This document shows, in pieces, positions 56,949 to 64,000 of a stretch of DNA of 64,000 nucleotides. How positions within the stretch are numbered: position 1 is the stretch's first letter; each line of letters begins with the position of its first letter. The stretch comes from a virus. A program made the translations under genes and the position numbers. The notes under the pieces were generated by a model that saw nothing but the letters and a program-made list of their open reading frames with translations, was not told where the DNA came from and made no database searches. The DNA lies in the IMG/VR virus record IMGVR_UViG_3300023296_001674. The stretch is one strand, 5' to 3'.

Positions 56949-57790
56949 ATGCTGATATTGTGTTAAATTATGACAAATTTGTTTTTGTATTATATCAAGA
57001 TGCGTGTTGTGGGCAACTGATTAGTCGATTGTTGATGCTATCAGATGATGTATTAAAGCCAAATGATGAGAACTATGACCCATATGTGTTTACGGTGGAT
57101 GAAACAAGGTTGGAAAACAATTTCATAGCAGATTTAGATTTAATTCAAGATAAAGGAATAGATTCGCATTATGAAGAAGGCTTTTTTTATAATACATCCG
57201 GTATAAATGGAAAATATGAAAAATTATTTGTTTGTAAGGTCAATAAAACCCGATTTACCAAATCAGAGCACATTGAAGATGATAAAAACTATGTATTTGA
57301 ACACACGTTAAAAAATCCCACAAAATGGGTGCTAAATGCTATACAAGACAATAAAACCATCGCAACACGCGGTCATAACGCATTTGGTGCATTCATGATG
57401 CCAAAATTGAAGACATTGGAAATTGATATCACCGGAATCGAAGAAAAAATATCCAGATGGCACTTTCAAAAAATGCCAGCACCAGAGAATATCAATAGAT
57501 ATAGCCAAAACAGGAATGACGCAAGAAAGTTTTTTGCTGGAAAAATACAACTATACGAAGATCAACATTTTCACTTTAAACACCATGCAGGATATGATGT
57601 TCCGCAAACAAGATATAAAATATTATTAAAAGAAATATTAGAAGGTAATTACGTATACTATTGTGAAATTTGTGATATACTTAATATAAATCACTGTAAG
57701 AGAGAAAATTTCGATTTATTGATTAATACATATATGTCATACGAGTGGAAACGCCCGAATATTATACACGAAAGGATACGCAATGGATAA
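56945..57790 (+). CDS. hypothetical protein
   Basis: Coupled ORF. Confidence 0.65.
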   Translation: MNADIVLNYDKFVFVLYQDACCGQLISRLLMLSDDVLKPNDENYDPYVFTVDETRLENNFIADLDLIQDKGIDSHYEEGFFYNTSGINGKYEKLFVCKVNKTRFTKSEHIEDDKNYVFEHTLKNPTKWVLNAIQDNKTIATRGHNAFGAFMMPKLKTLEIDITGIEEKISRWHFQKMPAPENINRYSQNRNDARKFFAGKIQLYEDQHFHFKHHAGYDVPQTRYKILLKEILEGNYVYYCEICDILNINHCKRENFDLLINTYMSYEWKRPNIIHERIRNG

Positions 57791-58697
57791 AAGAGTACCA
57801 TTAGAAAAATTTAACATCAAAACATCGTTTTCTCCTATGGAAGATATGGGGTTTTTTGTTAATCATGAACATCATCCATTTGATGCATTTGAGGATAAAT
57901 TTTCTGCCACGAATGCGTGGTGGATGGCTGATCATTCGCGCTTGGCGTATGTTAAAGATCAAGAACATGTTATTCTTGAACTGGCTGACGCTGGTTTTGA
58001 AGATGTGGAATTTATTTGGGATAAAAAATCTGGAACAAAGGTGTATGTAACATGGAATAACGTGTATACAGTTATTTCATTCACCGGAACAGAACCAGAA
58101 AACGGAGCCAGTGACTATTTAACTGATTTAAATTTAATACCAAAAAAATCAGGACAGGGCGGCGTTGTTCATTCTGGATTTAAAAAAGCATTTGAAACTG
58201 TGTGGGATAAAGTCAATGATATATTACACCGTCCCGATGTACCATCAACCGTTTGGATAACAGGGCATAGTTTGGGCGGCGCATTAGCTACGCTAGCAGC
58301 AAGCCGTATCGCAGCTAGAGGGTGTTACACTTTCGGTTCACCGCGTGTGGGCAGCAAGTCATTTAATAAAACAATAGAAACATCGATATATAGAGTAGCA
58401 AAGAATAATGATATAGTTACCCGTGTACCAACTCCACCCGTTTATATCCATAATGGTGATATGTATTTTGTAACCGATGACCAACGCGTGTTGGAAAACC
58501 CACGATGGATTACTATGTTCAGAGAACGTCTTGGTGGAAATGAATTGGCTATGCTTTTGTTATTGATTAAAATAGTTGTATTAAGATCACCAATAGATTT
58601 TATATTAAGTTATTTTCATGGTCATAGCCCATATAATTATTCCGTGTTCATGTGGAATAATATAGAAAAATTTATTGTAAGAACTAGAAAAACCTGA
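57783..58697 (+). CDS. class 3 lipase
   Basis: VHSGF, TGHSLGGALA, TFGSPRVG, DIVTRVP. Confidence 0.9.
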   Translation: MDKRVPLEKFNIKTSFSPMEDMGFFVNHEHHPFDAFEDKFSATNAWWMADHSRLAYVKDQEHVILELADAGFEDVEFIWDKKSGTKVYVTWNNVYTVISFTGTEPENGASDYLTDLNLIPKKSGQGGVVHSGFKKAFETVWDKVNDILHRPDVPSTVWITGHSLGGALATLAASRIAARGCYTFGSPRVGSKSFNKTIETSIYRVAKNNDIVTRVPTPPVYIHNGDMYFVTDDQRVLENPRWITMFRERLGGNELAMLLLLIKIVVLRSPIDFILSYFHGHSPYNYSVFMWNNIEKFIVRTRKT

Positions 58698-58813
58698 TAT
58701 TATAATATATTGGTCACAGAAGCGATGCTATGCAAAAAATGCGGCGTATTGGGTATGACACCATATGGTTATGTGAAAGTCTGTGATACACTTAACTTTT
58801 AAAAAGGATTAAA

Positions 58814-59050
58814 ATGAATCTATTTACTAAACATCCAACATCCGTGGGTGAAACATATTTTGAACATATGATTACTGCATCAATTTTTTCTTTAATATTT
58901 TTATACGCTGGCGCTATTAGTTTGATACACGCCATCTTCCCTTTCTTGTTTACAAAGACTGGAAGTTCTGTTATAATAAAACTTCATAATAAAATGGTCG
59001 ATAATAGATCAAATAAGGAAAAACCGCCAATATGGTTTTATGATATTTAA
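58814..59050 (+). CDS. small membrane protein (DUF6356-like)
   Basis: HP.SVGETYFEH, IHAIFPFLF. Confidence 0.7.
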   Translation: MNLFTKHPTSVGETYFEHMITASIFSLIFLYAGAISLIHAIFPFLFTKTGSSVIIKLHNKMVDNRSNKEKPPIWFYDI

Positions 59051-59433
59051 TGAGGTATATGATGAAAACACTTATATTATTGTTTGCGCTTTTGATTGTA
59101 GGAATTTCTCCGTCTTATGCAGCAACCGATATACCAAATTATATGTTGAAATGTTTTGGCTGTCATACGTTCTATGAAGGCGAAAAAAATAAAATTGGCC
59201 CCAATCTTTTTGGCGTAATGAATAGAAAAGCCGGTTCGGTGAGAAGTTATACAAAATACCGTGCAATGAAAGATGTCGGATTTACATGGACTGATGGTTC
59301 AATGAATTTATGGCTAAAAGATTCAAGAAAATTTGCTTCTAGCGTTCTAGGATCAAGATCACAAATGATTATTAAAATTAAAGACGTAAATAAAAGAAAA
59401 CAAATAATCGATTTTCTTAATACACTAAAATAA
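59050..59433 (+). CDS. class I cytochrome c (c2-like)
   Basis: Signal peptide, CFGCH, IGPNLFGV..RKAG, distal M. Confidence 0.88.
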   Translation: MRYMMKTLILLFALLIVGISPSYAATDIPNYMLKCFGCHTFYEGEKNKIGPNLFGVMNRKAGSVRSYTKYRAMKDVGFTWTDGSMNLWLKDSRKFASSVLGSRSQMIIKIKDVNKRKQIIDFLNTLK

Positions 59434-59443
59434 GGAGAATGAT

Positions 59444-60136
59444 ATGAATTATTCAAATAGTACATCTAGAATCGCAACACGAGGTGACGAAACAGTTAAT
59501 GAATACATGACTCGTGTATACAATTATATGACAATAGGTTTATTGATATCAGGATTGACCGCGTGGTTTGTTTCTGTTACACCCGCTTTGATGAGCGTTG
59601 TCTTCAGTGCGCCGTTGATATGGATTATTATGTTTGCGCCACTAGTAATGATTTTCTTTTTTAGTAATACGCTAAATAACGCATCACCAGCAGGTGCTCA
59701 ACTTTGGTTTTGGATATTTGCGTTTTTGGAAGGATTGATGCTTTCATCTATCGCATTGCATTATACAGGTGAATCAATTATCACAGTATTTTTCATTACA
59801 TCTGCTATGTTTGCTAGTTTAAGCCTATATGGATTAACCACTAAAAAAGACATGAGTGGATGGGGTAAGTTTTTGTTTATGGCACTAATCGGACTAATAA
59901 TCGTTATGGTAATTAATATTTTCGTTGCCAACGCAATGATGCAAATATTGATTTCTATTGCAGGTGTGTTGTTATTTTCCGCACTTATCGCATATGATAC
60001 ACAGCGCATCAAAGATGAATTTATTTCATATGGTGATATTAATAATTCCGCAGTTCAAGGTGCATTGAGTTTGTATTTAAATTTCTTGAATATGTTCTTA
60101 TTTTTGTTGCAATTATTCGGCTATAAGAACGATTGA
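59444..60136 (+). CDS. Bax inhibitor-1/YccA family membrane protein
   Basis: VYNYM..GL, YG.TTKKD, AYDTQRIK, ALSLYL.F.N.F. Confidence 0.9.
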   Translation: MNYSNSTSRIATRGDETVNEYMTRVYNYMTIGLLISGLTAWFVSVTPALMSVVFSAPLIWIIMFAPLVMIFFFSNTLNNASPAGAQLWFWIFAFLEGLMLSSIALHYTGESIITVFFITSAMFASLSLYGLTTKKDMSGWGKFLFMALIGLIIVMVINIFVANAMMQILISIAGVLLFSALIAYDTQRIKDEFISYGDINNSAVQGALSLYLNFLNMFLFLLQLFGYKND

Positions 60137-60140
60137 TCAT

Positions 60141-60575
60141 ATGAATATTGTATTAGAAAAATTCGCAAGAGATACATTGAAGTCTGACCTTTTGATGCTA
60201 CCAGATGCGTGGCAATTAACGTTCAAGCGTATGTATGCCGGTGGCGACTTGGATAAATATATCACCGATGTCGTCGATGAAATGCATTATACTAAATTAG
60301 ATGCAGCAATGTTTCAAGTCCAGAACTCATTAACTAAAGTTAATGTCACAGGATGGCAACCCATAGCTACTGCACCCAAAGACGGAACTAAAATCCTTTT
60401 ATGTGTTCCATCTTTTCGTGATGATCACGACGATGAAATTATGTTATGTTGGTGGAATGACCACGGTACACCACAGCAAGACTATTCAGCATGGGAATGG
60501 GGCAATGATTATATCAATATCCAACCAGAAGACCCTACGCATTGGATGCCACTACCAATGTTACCAAAAAAATGA
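60141..60575 (+). CDS. DUF551-like protein
   Basis: WQPIATAPKDGT...PTHWMPLP. Confidence 0.75.
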   Translation: MNIVLEKFARDTLKSDLLMLPDAWQLTFKRMYAGGDLDKYITDVVDEMHYTKLDAAMFQVQNSLTKVNVTGWQPIATAPKDGTKILLCVPSFRDDHDDEIMLCWWNDHGTPQQDYSAWEWGNDYINIQPEDPTHWMPLPMLPKK

Positions 60576-60739
60576 GAATAGAAGAGCATATAATTGATGG
60601 TTGGCAAAAAACATGGGATTGGTGTAATAATAATCTTACAGCCGATCAATGGGACATGATATATAAGCAAGAAACAGATGTCGTGTTTTCCGTGGACGAA
60701 ACCGTGTATATGGATTTTTATGATCGCAATGCGTTATGA
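60572..60739 (+). CDS. hypothetical protein
   Basis: Coupled ORF. Confidence 0.5.
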   Translation: MRIEEHIIDGWQKTWDWCNNNLTADQWDMIYKQETDVVFSVDETVYMDFYDRNAL

Positions 60740-60863
60740 GCAAAGAAGAAGTATTAACACGATTTATATATGAAATAGGACGATGTAATACATCCACTGT
60801 TGATGCATACTTAGCATTATACGCGATGCATTTGTATTTGAAAAATGAAAAAGGAGAATAATT

Positions 60864-61235
60864 ATGAGCTATATTGCATTCGAATTGGATAAAAAATCAA
60901 GAAATATTCTTAAACAGCAATTCCCGCCAAAATATGCTGATTTTATTGGTCATCATATCACTTATAATCCTGGTGCTAAAAAAACTGATAAAATTCCACA
61001 TGAACCAAAGTCCGTGGTTGTTGTAGGATACGCAGACGATGGCGAAAGCATTGAAGCATTGGTCGTTGAAGTTAACGGTAAAGCATTGCGTCCAGATGGA
61101 AAAGCATATCATATAACATGGTCAATTGACCGTAGTAAAGGTCGTAAACCAGCCCATTCAAATGCATTGGTTGCTCAAGGATTCGAAACAGTAGCACCAA
61201 TCGGAATTAAAGCTAAACCAGATATATTTAAATGA
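60864..61235 (+). CDS. 2H phosphoesterase-like protein
   Basis: Two HxT motifs (HHITY, YHITW). Confidence 0.65.
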   Translation: MSYIAFELDKKSRNILKQQFPPKYADFIGHHITYNPGAKKTDKIPHEPKSVVVVGYADDGESIEALVVEVNGKALRPDGKAYHITWSIDRSKGRKPAHSNALVAQGFETVAPIGIKAKPDIFK

Positions 61236-61579
61236 TACACTTGGATAACGAAGCCAAAATATTATTAGATTTATCCGAAGAAATACACGACGAAATGGAC
61301 GATGAATACGGATTGGATTATTTGATATATCGATTCTATGATACGCTGAGTGATGTGCAAAATATTAAAGAGTCGTGGTTTCATAGAACGTTTAATATTG
61401 ACCCTACATTAACAATGCTCAATGGAAATAAAATGGAAACTTTAACCAAAACTGAACTTATAGAACGCCACGAACATAGCGCAGAACGCCTAAGAAAATA
61501 CGTCGAACGACACGACGTCGATAGCATAGATGTAACCGAAATGACACGCGAAGAACGCAGAAATTTACTAATATCATAA
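61232..61579 (+). CDS. hypothetical protein
   Basis: Coupled ORF. Confidence 0.6.
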   Translation: MIHLDNEAKILLDLSEEIHDEMDDEYGLDYLIYRFYDTLSDVQNIKESWFHRTFNIDPTLTMLNGNKMETLTKTELIERHEHSAERLRKYVERHDVDSIDVTEMTREERRNLLIS

Positions 61580-61590
61580 GGATAACAATA

Positions 61591-62004
61591 ATGTCAGAAC
61601 TACCAGAATTAAAAATAGGCGACTTGATATATCTATATCACGAAGATGTTAGAGAACATCCCCCAATAGCATGGTATGATTTTTGGAGTGAATCATTAAA
61701 TGAATCATTTGAACTACGACTTCGTGTAGTCAGTGTTTCCGACGATGGTGAAAATATTGAATGTTCTGGCATCGCTTTTAATCATGAAGGTGAAAGCGGA
61801 CCAATCGTCCGTTCTCTTAAATTCTGGTATAAAAAACATTTGAGTATTTGGTGTTTGGGTGATGTAGGCAATCGTATGATAATAGGGCGTTCCGGTAAAG
61901 AATTATACAACGAAACATATCAGACACAAGAACAATATAAAGACATGAAATTATTTAAATATTTACACGGTATGACTTCAGAATTACCAGAAGGTTGTTC
62001 TTGA
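61591..62004 (+). CDS. hypothetical protein
   Basis: AAGGA RBS. Confidence 0.6.
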   Translation: MSELPELKIGDLIYLYHEDVREHPPIAWYDFWSESLNESFELRLRVVSVSDDGENIECSGIAFNHEGESGPIVRSLKFWYKKHLSIWCLGDVGNRMIIGRSGKELYNETYQTQEQYKDMKLFKYLHGMTSELPEGCS

Positions 62005-62068
62005 TAACCGCTACCCGAGTTTACTAAATAACCCTAGACGCGTTTTAACTATTTCATAGGGTGATCAA

Positions 62069-62317
62069 ATGAGTTATATGATAATGTCAAAAGAATTTCT
62101 AGAAGATGTTATGTTTTTAGATTATAAAGGTTCACGAGTTCGCATAACCGACGTTAAAATGATCGAGTATGATGGCGAACAACACGTGTATATGGAAGTG
62201 TCAGGCGACGACCTACCAGATGAAAAATTAAGAATAAGAAAAACAAGAGAGGCTGTTGAATCAACACATAAATTTGTGACCGAAACTGAAATATTAACAT
62301 ATCCTCCAGTTGCTTAA
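62069..62317 (+). CDS. hypothetical protein
   Basis: ORF. Confidence 0.55.
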   Translation: MSYMIMSKEFLEDVMFLDYKGSRVRITDVKMIEYDGEQHVYMEVSGDDLPDEKLRIRKTREAVESTHKFVTETEILTYPPVA

Positions 62318-62326
62318 TCACATACA

Positions 62327-62527
62327 GTGCCAAATAAATGTAAATCCTGCGATGGAGATACGATAGTTCGCAATTTCTTGGTCTACACCAAAACAGATGA
62401 TGGTGAATATATCAATAAAGGTGCCTGCCAAGGCCCATTTTGTAGTGATTGCTATTATCAACTACAAGATATTATTTTCGGCAAACCAGACCAATTAATA
62501 CAAGAACACACAAAATTAAATAAATAA
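62327..62527 (+). CDS. small Zn-finger protein
   Basis: CKSC..CSDC. Confidence 0.45.
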   Translation: MPNKCKSCDGDTIVRNFLVYTKTDDGEYINKGACQGPFCSDCYYQLQDIIFGKPDQLIQEHTKLNK

Positions 62528-62634
62528 CTTATAAGCGGTGTTAAAGAATGCTCGACACATTCGATAACGCGATGACAACGAGAGTGATCATCTGCCGCGT
62601 GAAGTATTTATAACACTTAAACGAGAAAAGTCAA

Positions 62635-63420
62635 ATGAAAAATTATCATCTATATATTATCACCAATAAGGTGAACGATAAGAAATACGTCGGGATAACC
62701 AAGAAAGGGTATCAATATAGATTTAACTGGCATCTTGATGATGCACGACGGCATTCTCCAAAGCAAAATAATATAGTATTATATCATGCTATTAGAAAAC
62801 ATGGATCAGAAAATTTTGTAGTAGCATTATTAGAAGAAGGTGATTCATGGAAACATTTATGTGACTTGGAACGTGCTGCTATTATAAAACATAATACATT
62901 TATGGGTGTCAAAAAATCGCATGGGTATAATATGACTAAAGGTGGTGATGGCGTTAGTGGCATGACTTGGAAATGGTCAGAAGAACAAAAATTAGATTTT
63001 AAGAACCGCGTTGTTAATACTAAAGAATACAGACAAAAAATCAGCGATAATAACGCTAGATATTGGTTTGGAAAAACGGTAAGCGATGAAAAGAAAGCAC
63101 AAATATCTAAAAAGCTGAAAGGTGTTTGTGGTAAAAAATGTATAATTGATGGCGTAATATATGATTCGGCATTAACTGCGTCTAAAGCATTATCATTGCA
63201 TGTTGAAACGGTACGCAAGCGATGTCGACAAAAATATAAAGATTATAGATTTGTTGCGGGATATAATGACACATGTGGCACACCGCGACCATGTATAATA
63301 GATGATAAGCGGTATGAATCAATAACCGCCGCATCTAAAGGATTAAATTTGAAGACCGCTACTATACGAAAGCGGTTGAATGATGAGGAATTGGTTGATT
63401 ACAATTATGTTATTGACTAA
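62635..63420 (+). CDS. GIY-YIG homing endonuclease with NUMOD1-like tails
   Basis: LYIITN..KKYVGIT, HAIRKHG, GYNMTKGG, IIDG..Y.S...AS repeats. Confidence 0.88.
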   Translation: MKNYHLYIITNKVNDKKYVGITKKGYQYRFNWHLDDARRHSPKQNNIVLYHAIRKHGSENFVVALLEEGDSWKHLCDLERAAIIKHNTFMGVKKSHGYNMTKGGDGVSGMTWKWSEEQKLDFKNRVVNTKEYRQKISDNNARYWFGKTVSDEKKAQISKKLKGVCGKKCIIDGVIYDSALTASKALSLHVETVRKRCRQKYKDYRFVAGYNDTCGTPRPCIIDDKRYESITAASKGLNLKTATIRKRLNDEELVDYNYVID

Positions 63421-63475
63421 TAGGCAATCTTGAGGTAAGATTGTTTTTTAATTACTAAAAAAGGAGACCATTATT

Positions 63476-63985
63476 ATGGCTAAAGAAGAATTTTCGCGTG
63501 ACAAGCCACACGTTAACATTGGTACAATCGGTCAACTGGCTGCGTAATCTAGTAATAGATTAATGAAAACACCTTTAATTGCTGGAACCTCTAAACAAGT
63601 AATGTTGTAGACAATCAGCAGCCAAGCCCATACATGGGAAGGTTCAACGACTAGTCGAAAGACGTAGGCTCAAATGAGTCGAAACGGGGTGCATCTTACA
63701 GAGATGAAGATATAGTCTGATCTATATGGAAACATATAGCAGGGTTAAGACCCGGATTAGAAATTAATGAATCTGATCGAACATCAAATGCACGTTGACC
63801 ACGGTAAGACAACTCTTACCGCCGCAATTACCAAAGTTATGGCTGAGAACGGTGGAGGTGAATTTACAGATTTCGCCGATATCGATAATGCTAAAGAAGA
63901 AAGAGACCGTGGAATTACTATTTCAACGTCGCACGTTGAATATGAAACTGAGAAGTCTCATTTTGCGCACATAGATTGCCCGGGT
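63476..63985 (+). CDS. tuf: elongation factor Tu, exons 1 (63476-63532) and 2 (63791-63985); continues past window
   Basis: [19 protein letters not shown]|[36 protein letters not shown]. Confidence 0.95.
63533..63790 (+). mobile_element. group I intron (258 nt, no ORF) in tuf
   Basis: 5' exon ends U, intron ends G; core aattgctggaa, aatcagcag, gttcaacgactag, aagatatagtct; splicing restores GHVDHGKT. Confidence 0.92.
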
Positions 63986-64000
63986 CAAATGGCTCCGTAA
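63986..64000 (+). mobile_element. probable 5' end of second group I intron in tuf
   Basis: DCPG|caaatggctccgtaa resembles first intron start caactggctgcgtaa; expected His absent, in-frame stop. Confidence 0.7.

Noticed and set aside
63767-63790. EF-Tu start at 63767 (MNLIEHQM)
   Set aside because: This is intron 3' sequence; the true start is 63476

Overview
This AT-rich, densely coding window comes from a large (jumbo) tailed phage. It has T4-type late promoters ((G/T)ATAAATA), sigma70 promoters, many free-standing homing endonuclease genes and host-like genes. ArgRS, Smr, DUF1127, cytochrome c2 and a FliM-like motif point to an alphaproteobacterial host (inference). Main blocks: (i) 2.9-10.1 kb, an array of unrelated enzymes sharing an N-terminal MRAWELYE tag, probably a capsid-targeting/cleavage signal; (ii) 18.4-38.5 kb, a large tRNA region with about 27 tRNAs, many atypical, plus tRNA-like and structured ncRNAs, preceded by a leader-peptide attenuator; (iii) auxiliary and counter-defence genes (cca, argS, map, lpxC, alkB, MazG, ppGpp hydrolase, ADP-ribosylhydrolase, MscS, TctA/C, radical SAMs); (iv) a metallophosphoesterase gene interrupted by a 26-nt element nearly identical to the take-off hairpin of T4 gene 60, lying next to a homing endonuclease, which is a candidate new programmed translational-bypass system; (v) the start of a phage tuf gene with one complete group I intron and the apparent start of a second. 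All calls are by eye from motifs; no database searches were run.
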